A DNA stretch of 64,000 bases from an uncultured Gammaproteobacteria bacterium (GCA_964445435.1 CAYUKU010000005.1:6627-70626); one strand, 5' to 3'; counted from the first letter of the stretch, positions 1 to 7,413 are shown. A program made the numbers and translations. Notes: generated by a model from the sequence alone, not told the origin.

Positions 1-405
1 AATATCCGGTGGGCCGAAGGCTATCCGATGTTTACGGCAGCGGCCTCTACCTGCCTGGTTCTCATTTTTAGTCATCATACCGCTCCCAAAATAGGCCTTG
101 GGCATCTGCCGATTTTTTTTGGCAGTCAGGGTGACAAAACTAAAGAAATAGAACAACTGGAAGAGGCGAGGGATACGCTATCCTCAGGTGGGCATGAGTG
201 GGACCTCGATATTTTTGGTGGCCAACCGATTGATGACACACAGGACAGCCGCGAAATTGTGGACACAAACGTGAGGGAAGTGATGAGCATGTTTGCGGAT
301 GTCGGCGTCGCATGCCGTGATCATACCCACAGGGATCCGGACCAGGTAGTCGTGGGGGTTATCGCTGACCCGACGGTGAGGGAGATTCAAGTGTGTGAAG
401 AGTGA
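1..405 (+). CDS. possible 3' end of a CDS entering from upstream of the window; product unknown
   Basis: Open frame from position 1 to stop at 403-405. Composition is atypical and no motif was recognised, so this may be non-coding. Confidence 0.2.
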   Translation, partial: NIRWAEGYPMFTAAASTCLVLIFSHHTAPKIGLGHLPIFFGSQGDKTKEIEQLEEARDTLSSGGHEWDLDIFGGQPIDDTQDSREIVDTNVREVMSMFADVGVACRDHTHRDPDQVVVGVIADPTVREIQVCEE

Positions 406-451
406 TTGTGTGGGTGACCATGGAGTCGGACCATGCGCCTCTTTCTTATCA
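405..451. repeat. 47-bp direct repeat, copy 1 (attgtgtgggtgaccatggagtcggaccatgcgcctctttcttatca)
   Basis: Identical by eye to copy 2 at 513-559. Contains the small hairpin CATGG-agtcgga-CCATG. Confidence 0.8.
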
Positions 452-512
452 CGAGTCCATTGGGCGAGTGTCAAGAAAGTCGTCCCTTCACTTCGAAATC
501 TGAACGCGCTGT

Positions 513-559
513 ATTGTGTGGGTGACCATGGAGTCGGACCATGCGCCTCTTTCTTATCA
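513..559. repeat. 47-bp direct repeat, copy 2
   Basis: Perfect duplicate of 405-451, separated from it by a 61-bp unique spacer. Confidence 0.8.
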
Positions 560-728
560 GGAAAGCGTTCTACCGCTGAACTAGTCACCCTTCTGGGACA
601 GAAACTACGTTTCAATCCCCGCGATACTTCCTACCAAGGTGTCGCAAAGGGTTCAGTTCCGTTCGCACACCTTTGCGACAATTATATTCGATTTTATCAC
701 GATCGTGCCGCTTACGCAGTAATCGGAT

Positions 729-803
729 TGGAGGCGCGGAAGGGAATCGAACCCTTGCATAGAAGTTTTGCAGACTCCCGCGTTACCACTTCGCCACCGC
801 GCC
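729..803 (-). tRNA. tRNA-Cys (anticodon GCA), CCA encoded
   Basis: Minus-strand read GGCGCGGTGGCGAAGTGGTAACGCGGGAGTCTGCAAAACTTCTATGCAAGGGTTCGATTCCCTTCCGCGCCTCCA. It folds as a cloverleaf with a 7-bp acceptor stem, anticodon loop CTGCAAA, T-loop TTCGATT and 3' CCA. Confidence 0.9.
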
Positions 804-857
804 AATAGACGATATTGTACCAGATATGAAGCTATTTTTCCGTGGGAAAGATCGCGG

Positions 858-1505
858 TTAAAACAACCCTATTTGCCGCGACGCATCAATAACTTCTTTG
901 GGGTACGAGAAATCTACGGTGAATTCTTTTGCAGTATTCCACTTGTCCATGTACTTGAGTTTTTTCTCGCGCACGCCGTAGTCGTATAAGTCGCGGGTGA
1001 GAAGCACATCCGCTTCGCAGTACATCTTGAGTTTCGCAAGCTGCGCCGGGTCGCCGCTTTTCCAGTACGTCACTGCGTTCATTCCGACGTCGGTTTTCTG
1101 TGCGCCCAGCGTTTGGGATGCAAGCGCATTGAGCGAGAGGGAATGGTCGAGTGCATCCCGCACGTGTTCCATAATGTCGAAATGAGGGAGCCGGGCGAAT
1201 GTGGGGGGAGCGTATTTACGAAGCGCCGGCACGTCGAATTTCACGCTGTTAAATCCTATGATGCGTTTGGCCCTGAGAAAATGCGGCCACATCTGAGCCA
1301 ATTCGTTTTCCCAGTAACTGTACATCTTCCCGGTGAGTTCGCGTTGTGTTTCATCTACCGTCCGCACGTAGAGGGATACAAGGGAAATGCCCAAGTCACC
1401 CGGATCGTTGGTGGTAATTTCCGAGAACAGTTTTTGCGTCTCGCAATCGAAGATAACTTCAGTAATCATAGATTTTAAGATAATTTTTGAAGTGCAGAAT
1501 AGCAA
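858..1505 (-). CDS. DEDD-family 3'-5' exonuclease (RNase H-like fold, PolB-exonuclease-like)
   Basis: 215-aa ORF with VIFDCETQ (DxE exo motif I), downstream FD and YxxxD motifs. Overlaps the PIN gene by 31 nt. Confidence 0.65.
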   Translation of the reverse strand: MLFCTSKIILKSMITEVIFDCETQKLFSEITTNDPGDLGISLVSLYVRTVDETQRELTGKMYSYWENELAQMWPHFLRAKRIIGFNSVKFDVPALRKYAPPTFARLPHFDIMEHVRDALDHSLSLNALASQTLGAQKTDVGMNAVTYWKSGDPAQLAKLKMYCEADVLLTRDLYDYGVREKKLKYMDKWNTAKEFTVDFSYPKEVIDASRQIGLF

Positions 1506-2029
1506 GTTTCGAATTTGCTTTTGTTAAACTGAACCACACTAAAACTCCGCATACTGCCGTCTCCGCCCTGTTCAATGTTGAGAACAGCGAGCGTATCGAA
1601 CACGCAAGGCGGAAAGTCTTTCTTGTTGCCTGTAATGAGTATCGAATTTTGTGAATACATAAGTCTGGCCGCTAGAAACAAGTCAACTATGCTATTTCCT
1701 TTGCTTTGGTGCTGGTGTGAATAAATACGTGAAAGAAGAAGTGAGTTTTCGTGTAAGCGCTGGTAAATATCAGTATGATCACTGGCGGGGGCGAAAGGCT
1801 CCTTAGAAATAAACAGTTTTTTCTTATTAAATTGTTCTGGCAGAAAAATGTCGCGCAAAAACTCAAGGGCGGTAAGCGAATCGATAATGAGTATACCACG
1901 GCTTAATATTACAAGGGCCTCTTTTAGGGTGAACTCGTCATAAAAAAGCTGACTTAAGAAATCGTTGTCAAGGTAAATGTATTTGTTTTGTAAGAGGCGC
2001 GAGGCATCTTCGCTGTGGAAAATCTTCAT
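1475..2029 (-). CDS. PIN-domain protein (putative toxin-like nuclease)
   Basis: 184 aa. N-terminal YIYLDNDFL (first acidic residue), SIVDLFLAA (third) and ILITGNKKDF (fourth, the PIN T-x-D-x-DF signature). Confidence 0.5.
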   Translation of the reverse strand: MKIFHSEDASRLLQNKYIYLDNDFLSQLFYDEFTLKEALVILSRGILIIDSLTALEFLRDIFLPEQFNKKKLFISKEPFAPASDHTDIYQRLHENSLLLSRIYSHQHQSKGNSIVDLFLAARLMYSQNSILITGNKKDFPPCVFDTLAVLNIEQGGDGSMRSFSVVQFNKSKFETCYSALQKLS

Positions 2030-2035
2030 GCCTGG

Positions 2036-2197
2036 CTAAAGCTGATATTTGATATCAGCTTTTTTGAGGAGCGCTTTGTTTTCACGCACAATTTCGACCA
2101 ACTCAGCAATAATTTTGTGAGTAATTTTGACAGGCTTAACCGTAGCTGGTTTCGATTTTTCGTACTGGGGAGTCGGATCTTTTTTGTAGTCTCTCAT
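2036..2197 (-). CDS. small 53-aa protein upstream of the PIN gene (possible antitoxin-like partner)
   Basis: Not in the ORF track because it is under 60 aa. ATG at 2197 is preceded by GGTGA at -6. Translation is MRDYKKDPTPQYEKSKPATVKPVKITHKIIAELVEIVRENKALLKKADIKYQL. The stop lies 6 nt before the PIN start. Confidence 0.35.
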   Translation of the reverse strand: MRDYKKDPTPQYEKSKPATVKPVKITHKIIAELVEIVRENKALLKKADIKYQL

Positions 2198-2248
2198 AAA
2201 GATCACCTGAACTTAGTATATCAACTGTTATTTATGTGGTCAATAAAT

Positions 2249-2575
2249 TTATTCCTTTTTCTTCTGTATCTGTTTCCAGTGATAAAGGTAGAGCGGAAGT
2301 CCTACGATGACCATGGCAATGGCACCCGAAAATTCGCGCTGTCTTTGGCGGGTAATTTCACGGCGTTGCTCCATTTTCCACTGCGTCTCGCTCATCGCTG
2401 GTTCTCCCGGCATTTTTTCAGGCACAGGCATGGAATAACTCATATATTCATCGGCACCGCGGAAAACCAGAACCTTCAATCCCAGATCAACGATCCGGAT
2501 GCTTCCAATGACGGCAACAAGAAGACCGATGAACGAGAAAAGGTAAAGATAGAGGAGTCGGATATTGAATTTCAT
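2249..2575 (-). CDS. small membrane protein (two predicted TM helices)
   Basis: 108-aa ORF with hydrophobic N- and C-terminal segments, co-oriented with the flanking genes. The overlapping plus ORF 2015-2623 is low-complexity. Confidence 0.4.
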   Translation of the reverse strand: MKFNIRLLYLYLFSFIGLLVAVIGSIRIVDLGLKVLVFRGADEYMSYSMPVPEKMPGEPAMSETQWKMEQRREITRQRQREFSGAIAMVIVGLPLYLYHWKQIQKKKE

Positions 2576-2619
2576 ACGTACAACTCAGTGTATAAAGATG
2601 CGGATGAATTGACAAGGGA

Positions 2620-4011
2620 TTAGTTATAAATTACGACTCTCGTCCCGATATCCGCGAATTGGTAGACATATTTCGCGTCGCCCACGCCCAGCGCCACACA
2701 GCCTCCTGTGTTGGGTTGTCCGATGAAATTTGGCTTGCGATACTCCTGCCCGTTAATAAGTTTGTAGGGAGTTTCATGGATACCGAAATAGGCGTTCAAT
2801 TCCTCACTGTACTTAAATCCCATCCAGTACGGGAGCCACGACTTGTAGATGTTTGAGAATCCGAGCCCCGTTTTATTAAGAATTGTAAATTCACCCGTGG
2901 GTGTAGGATAGTCCAGACCTGTCGAGACGCGAAACGTTTTTATGAGCCTTCCGTCCTTGAAAAGGTACATTTTCTGCTGAGAGATATCGACCTCGATGTA
3001 TTTATCGGTTATCGATCCGGTTGTATTGGGCCCGGTATCGATGCTGATGGTGAGGGCGTCCACGGTATGTCCGTCATATCGGTTGGTAAGGACGGCCTGG
3101 AGATCCTCAATGACCTTCGGGGTGACGACGTTGCCCCGGATGATGAGTTTGAGCTTTTTGACTTTTTCGTTGACGGTTGTAGTCAAAGGCGCTTCTTTTA
3201 CCCCTATGGTGACGGATGTCTGGTCTTCCGACAGCTGAATATCAGTCATATCCGCAAGTTCCTTTTCGGTGAGGATAAACGCTTGTGACGTGCCTCCGGT
3301 GTCCACCAGAACGGTGAGCGGGGTGAGAAATACGTTTTTCATCCGATTACTCGTATCGGCGATCAATTTCGCTTTTTCGTTTTCGATTCTCGTGAGTTTG
3401 GGATAGAGGGGAGCGGTATTGTCCCCGATCCGTTGAGAAAGAAGCCGCATGAAGTACTCCTCATCGATCCGGTAGCGTTCTTCGTTTTCCACATAGACGA
3501 GTGACTTTTGCTGGTCATCGAAGTAGATTTCATCGGGAGCCTCGCTGAATTCAAAAACGGTCTGTTTGATATATTCACTGAATTCCTGGGTAAACGTGAG
3601 GGGAGCTTCTATCGTGGCGGGAATGAAAAACGACTTCACAAGGGTGTAGATATTGAAGGGGAGCGGCGCACGGTTCCGCGCAAATATCGCCTGCTTGATC
3701 CTTTCGTTATCCAAAACGACGCCCAGTTTGGAGTAGATGTACGTATACTCGCGGTCTCGCACCCGCACGCGGTACGGAAGAAGGGCAAACGAATCGATGA
3801 GATGGTCCACTTCGCTGACGCTTTTACCGGAGATGTCGATCGTGCCGAGCTTTGTATGAGGATACACCCACCAGGTCGCGTAAATTTGTGAGGCGGCGAG
3901 GAGATACAAAATAAATAAGGTAAACAGAAGAAGTTTTACGCGTTTACGAAGCATCCATACACGCTTAGCGTAGTAGGTTGCCCGATGAAGGTGGATCAGA
4001 TGTTTTCTCAT
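2620..4011 (-). CDS. L,D-transpeptidase (YkuD/ErfK domain) with N-terminal membrane anchor
   Basis: C-terminal HETPY...NTGGCVALG matches the YkuD catalytic His/Cys motif. An N-terminal TM segment is present. The start may instead be the internal Met at 3954. Confidence 0.75.
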   Translation of the reverse strand: MRKHLIHLHRATYYAKRVWMLRKRVKLLLFTLFILYLLAASQIYATWWVYPHTKLGTIDISGKSVSEVDHLIDSFALLPYRVRVRDREYTYIYSKLGVVLDNERIKQAIFARNRAPLPFNIYTLVKSFFIPATIEAPLTFTQEFSEYIKQTVFEFSEAPDEIYFDDQQKSLVYVENEERYRIDEEYFMRLLSQRIGDNTAPLYPKLTRIENEKAKLIADTSNRMKNVFLTPLTVLVDTGGTSQAFILTEKELADMTDIQLSEDQTSVTIGVKEAPLTTTVNEKVKKLKLIIRGNVVTPKVIEDLQAVLTNRYDGHTVDALTISIDTGPNTTGSITDKYIEVDISQQKMYLFKDGRLIKTFRVSTGLDYPTPTGEFTILNKTGLGFSNIYKSWLPYWMGFKYSEELNAYFGIHETPYKLINGQEYRKPNFIGQPNTGGCVALGVGDAKYVYQFADIGTRVVIYN

Positions 4012-4014
4012 TAT

Positions 4015-4159
4015 ACCGGGTTGTGAAATTTCGACTTTGCCTTAACGCTTTGCTCTCGAAAGTTCAGCTTCCTTTCTTTGGTATTTCCTCTTTCTCTCCA
4101 GATAGTCGCTCCACGCGCAGGCAAAGAGAGTACAAGCGTGTCGAAATTCTACTACCCGG
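4015..4159. repeat. Family A nested-palindromic intergenic element, copy A1 (145 bp)
   Basis: Terminal inverted repeats ACCGGGTTGTGAAATTTCGAC and GTCGAAATTCTACTACCCGG, plus an inner inverted pair CTTTGCCTTAACGC / GCGCAGGCAAAG. The left end abuts the L,D-transpeptidase start codon. Confidence 0.8.
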
Positions 4160-4212
4160 ATAGGTTAACGGTAGCAGATTGCCGTGACCTCGTAAACGTG
4201 CGTCTTTGATAC

Positions 4213-4241
4213 TTGCCTCATTGTGACCGTTTGACTATACT
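4213..4241 (+). promoter_or_regulatory. sigma70-like promoter of dcd (TTGCCT-17-TATACT); predicted start site at the ATG, so leaderless
   Basis: The -10 box TATACT lies at 4236-4241, 7 nt before the ATG at 4249. Confidence 0.5.
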
Positions 4242-4248
4242 GTGACGC

Positions 4249-4818
4249 ATGATTCTCTCCGATCGGGATATCAAAAAGGCGCTTAGAAGCGGTCATATTC
4301 ACATTTCTCCGGCACCGAATTTCGCTTCACAACTCGGCAGCTGCATGATCGATCTTCAGCTGGGCAATACATTCCGCGTGTTTAACCACAGCAAGACGCC
4401 GTACCTCGATCCGCAGGACCCCAAGACGCTGAAGGCCGCAACTGCCGAAGTGGTCATGCGAAACGGTGAGCCATTCATTCTTCATCCGGGTGAATTTGTG
4501 CTGGCTATGACGCGCGAGTACGTCGAAATGCCCGACGACTTGACGGGCAGACTGGAAGGCAGATCCTCAATTGGGCGTATGGGCGTAGTGGTCCACTCGA
4601 CAGCAGCCAATATCGAGTGCGGATTTCGGGGAAACATTACGCTCGAGCTTGCCAATATGGGTCGGATTCCGGTAATGTTATATCCCGGTATGCGGATTTG
4701 TTCGCTGTCGTTTGAACAGCTCACGAGTCCCGCAGACGTGCCGTATTACAAGAAGAAGGGTGCCAAGTACGTAGGCCAGAAAAAACCTGAGGCGAGTAAA
4801 ATCGCGCAGGAAAAATAG
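4249..4818 (+). CDS. dcd: dCTP deaminase
   Basis: Full-length alignment by eye to Dcd: MILSDRDIKKAL..., GRSSIGRMG, PGMRICSLSFE. Confidence 0.9.
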   Translation: MILSDRDIKKALRSGHIHISPAPNFASQLGSCMIDLQLGNTFRVFNHSKTPYLDPQDPKTLKAATAEVVMRNGEPFILHPGEFVLAMTREYVEMPDDLTGRLEGRSSIGRMGVVVHSTAANIECGFRGNITLELANMGRIPVMLYPGMRICSLSFEQLTSPADVPYYKKKGAKYVGQKKPEASKIAQEK

Positions 4819-4821
4819 CAT

Positions 4822-6354
4822 ATGGAATGGCCGATTCTATACAAACAAGTACTTCAGGTGAAAGATCCTACCAATCCGGTGGGTGTTGCCATCATGTGGA
4901 CCGAGCGGCAGGTTGTCGCCAATTTACTCAAAAGCGAAAATTACTGTGCCATCGGCAATCTCTACTCATCCGCCGGAATTTCCGCCATGATTCGCAATGT
5001 ATACGCCAATCCCCATATCCGTAAGATTGTGCTGTGGGGAGCGGATCTCTCCCGAAGCGGCCAGGCGCTCATGGCCCTCATGCAAAACGGCGTGGATGAA
5101 AATTTCTTTATCATCGGCGATGAGAAGAAAGGACAGATCGAGAAGGAAATCGGCCGCGAGGCAGTCGAATTATTTAGGAAATCCGTCGAGGTGGTCAATC
5201 TGCGCGGCAAGCCCGTATCCGATCTACAGAAGACAGTCGGACAGTTAAGCCGGACGAAATTCGACCCGTTCACGGATCCCAGGACGTTTCCGACAAGCCG
5301 TCCCAAGCCATTCACGTTCCCAAGCGAGCAGATTGGAATTCGCGCCCACGGACAGACGGCTGCCCAGACATGGCTGAAGATTCTTCAGAATATCATGCGT
5401 TACGGGCGCAACAAGACGACCCGCTACACCCAGGAGAATGAACTGAAAGAGCTCCTCAACGTCATGGCAGTCGTGTACAACGAAGATCCGGACAAGCCCT
5501 ACTTGCCGCACTATTTTCCGTTTTCGGAGAAAGACCTCGTGACGTATTATCCCCAAGTGTTATCAGCGAAGCAGATTCCCGGCATAGCCTATACGTATGG
5601 TCAGAGATTGCGTGATCACGATGGTGTGGATCAAATCCAAAACATCATTGACCTTATAAAAAACAGGCCGTTTAGTAAGAAAATGGCTGCCTTCACCGCG
5701 AAGGTGAAAGAAGACTGGTCTGTCGTCAACAAAGGGGACACGCCCTGTCTCACGCAGGTTCTTTGCAGCATTCAGGACGGTAAGCTCTTCATGACGACCC
5801 ACTTCCGAAGCCAGGACATGGTACACGGCTGGCCCCGAAACGTGTTCTCGCTTCGCAAACTGCAGAAGTTCATTGCCGATGAATCAGGCTATCCCATGGG
5901 TGCGTTTGTCATGATTACCCACTCTGCGCATATTTACAGTGACGATTACGAGCTTGTTGAGAATATCCTGAAAGATAACTATGACAAAGAGCTTGGATAC
6001 ACGAGCCGTCAGATGTTTGAGGAAGACATGCGCGGCAATGTCGTCATTGAAATTGAAGAAGTTGCGAAAAACGGTGTTGGCAGGCCCACCAAATATGCTG
6101 AAAAACCGCCGGTGAAAAAAGATTTCGAGATCGTGGTAAAACTCTACGCCCCCAACGGCGGCTTACTTCTCAAAGAATGGCGTGGGAAGACTGCAATGGA
6201 ACTCTATATTGAGATGGTGAATATCGGTGACTATCTCGTACTACCAAGTCACCTTATCTATATAGGCACGGAACTCCAGAGGGCTGAATACGCCATCAAA
6301 ATGGGCAAGCCCGAGAAGTTTAGCCAGGACCCCGCAGCCAACAAGGAACTATAA
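4822..6354 (+). CDS. ThyA-fold (thymidylate synthase / dNMP hydroxymethylase-like) three-domain protein
   Basis: Central region carries ThyA motifs: a TPCL nucleophile Cys in place of PCH, the RSQD...N substrate-binding segment, and HIY. About 160 aa of unknown N-terminal domain and about 140 aa of extra C-terminal domain are added. Confidence 0.65.
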   Translation: MEWPILYKQVLQVKDPTNPVGVAIMWTERQVVANLLKSENYCAIGNLYSSAGISAMIRNVYANPHIRKIVLWGADLSRSGQALMALMQNGVDENFFIIGDEKKGQIEKEIGREAVELFRKSVEVVNLRGKPVSDLQKTVGQLSRTKFDPFTDPRTFPTSRPKPFTFPSEQIGIRAHGQTAAQTWLKILQNIMRYGRNKTTRYTQENELKELLNVMAVVYNEDPDKPYLPHYFPFSEKDLVTYYPQVLSAKQIPGIAYTYGQRLRDHDGVDQIQNIIDLIKNRPFSKKMAAFTAKVKEDWSVVNKGDTPCLTQVLCSIQDGKLFMTTHFRSQDMVHGWPRNVFSLRKLQKFIADESGYPMGAFVMITHSAHIYSDDYELVENILKDNYDKELGYTSRQMFEEDMRGNVVIEIEEVAKNGVGRPTKYAEKPPVKKDFEIVVKLYAPNGGLLLKEWRGKTAMELYIEMVNIGDYLVLPSHLIYIGTELQRAEYAIKMGKPEKFSQDPAANKEL

Positions 6355-6364
6355 TAGCCTATAG

Positions 6365-6393
6365 TTGCAAATTAGCCTCCTGAGGAGTATACT
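6365..6393 (+). promoter_or_regulatory. sigma70 promoter TTGCAA-17-TATACT; downstream ATG at 6404
   Basis: Near-consensus hexamers with an exact 17-nt spacer. The predicted start site is 3-4 nt before the ATG at 6404. Confidence 0.55.
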
Positions 6394-6403
6394 ATTGCCC
6401 TCT

Positions 6404-6853
6404 ATGGCCAGTCCGCGCAGGCGCCACAAAATCCATTTCCAGCCCCTCTATTTGTGGGATTATGACGGCGTATGGGTACAGGCATCAAAAGATTCCTACT
6501 CCATCATGTGGGCGGCAATCGGCGGCATATTGGAAAAACAGGCACACCGTCCCGCCTCTGACATGGACGGCCTTAACTGGACCAAAATATTTGCCGATAC
6601 AAAGGGATTTACGGAACATACATTCGTTACCACCGTATTTGAAGCACTGGGGATTCAGCCGACTGACCGTGACCGCCTGTTTACGCATTTTATCCAGGAA
6701 CGCGCCGAACTTATCCGGTATTACAACGCGAAACATGGGCTTCGCAAGTTCGATGACCACAACGTCTATATCGACACCCATACGCTTGCAGTCAAACTGT
6801 CAGAGCGGTTTCCCGATGCCCTGCACGGACTAGTAACGGGTAACCCCCAGTGA
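6404..6853 (+). CDS. HAD-superfamily nucleotidase-like protein, N-terminal part; ends at an in-frame TGA
   Basis: LWDYDGVWV resembles HAD motif I (DxDGV, as in NT5C-type deoxyribonucleotidases). The reading frame continues into 6881-7393 across a single TGA. Confidence 0.45.
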   Translation: MASPRRRHKIHFQPLYLWDYDGVWVQASKDSYSIMWAAIGGILEKQAHRPASDMDGLNWTKIFADTKGFTEHTFVTTVFEALGIQPTDRDRLFTHFIQERAELIRYYNAKHGLRKFDDHNVYIDTHTLAVKLSERFPDALHGLVTGNPQ

Positions 6854-6880
6854 GTCATTGAACAGCGCCTTCCTGAACGG

Positions 6881-7393
6881 GTGCAGAATATCTTTCATAT
6901 CCGGATTGGCGGGGAGTACGGGAAGACGCGTCGGGATATGCTGGAACTAGCCGTGATTCACGCACGGAAACTGGGATGGCGGGGATACAAGGATGAAGGC
7001 GGCATGTATGTGAATGCCTTTTACTTCGACGATGCGAAGGCCGGTGCATTTTCCGCACTTGAGGGCGGGTTTCGAACGGTATTATTGGACCGACCGGATA
7101 TTCAGGAAGCGCATATGAGAATATTTGACCCGGCAGTATTGAATGACACGGTTGTGGAAGAAGTGCTTGATCGGTTCGGACCGGATAATACGCGGCGGAT
7201 CATCATCGGGGAGCCGGGCGTGACAACACAGTCGCTCTTCACGACCGCGACATTGGATAACTACTGGCTCCTCCGTCCCGCTGAGCATACCCATGTGAAG
7301 TTTCACGGCTGGCTGCAGCCTGCTATGCATGCGCTCTGGCAAGTGCATGAAGATGAGCCCCGTGAAGTTGCGTTTCGCGGGAAGGAAATGTAA
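6881..7393 (+). CDS. HAD-like protein, C-terminal part, in frame with 6404-6853 (possible split gene or pseudogene)
   Basis: Same frame as the upstream ORF, 27 nt after its TGA. Contains YFDDAKAG...LLDRPD, which resembles HAD motif IV. Confidence 0.4.
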   Translation: MQNIFHIRIGGEYGKTRRDMLELAVIHARKLGWRGYKDEGGMYVNAFYFDDAKAGAFSALEGGFRTVLLDRPDIQEAHMRIFDPAVLNDTVVEEVLDRFGPDNTRRIIIGEPGVTTQSLFTTATLDNYWLLRPAEHTHVKFHGWLQPAMHALWQVHEDEPREVAFRGKEM

Positions 7394-7413
7394 CAATCGA
7401 AGAGGCTCAACGT

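Noticed and set aside
405-559. Possible mini-CRISPR array (two repeats, one spacer)
   Set aside because: The repeat length (47 bp) and spacer (61 bp) are atypical, only two copies exist, and there are no cas genes nearby.
184-615. Minus-strand 143-aa ORF containing a duplicated peptide DKKEAHGPTPWSPTQ
   Set aside because: The internal peptide duplication simply reflects the DNA direct repeat; no other coding signal.
395-989. ORFs 395-808 (+) and 768-989 (+) from the ORF track
   Set aside because: They overlap tRNA-Cys and the 47-bp direct repeats, carry no motif, and arise from the repeat and tRNA sequence rather than from coding sequence.
2015-2623. Plus-strand 202-aa ORF
   Set aside because: Low-complexity translation that overlaps a more plausible minus-strand membrane-protein gene and a small ORF with RBS, in a block of minus-strand genes.
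4012-4165. Family A elements as conventional TA-duplicating (Stowaway/mariner-type) MITEs
   Set aside because: The flanks do not show a consistent TA target-site duplication. The apparent flanking symmetry (cat...atg) is part of the palindrome that includes the start codons.
6851-6853. UGA reassigned to Gly (genetic code 25, as in some CPR lineages) to explain the in-frame TGA
   Set aside because: TGA is the stop codon of several confident genes (57081-57695, 59358-60005, 33943-34884 and others), and long conserved genes contain no internal TGA.
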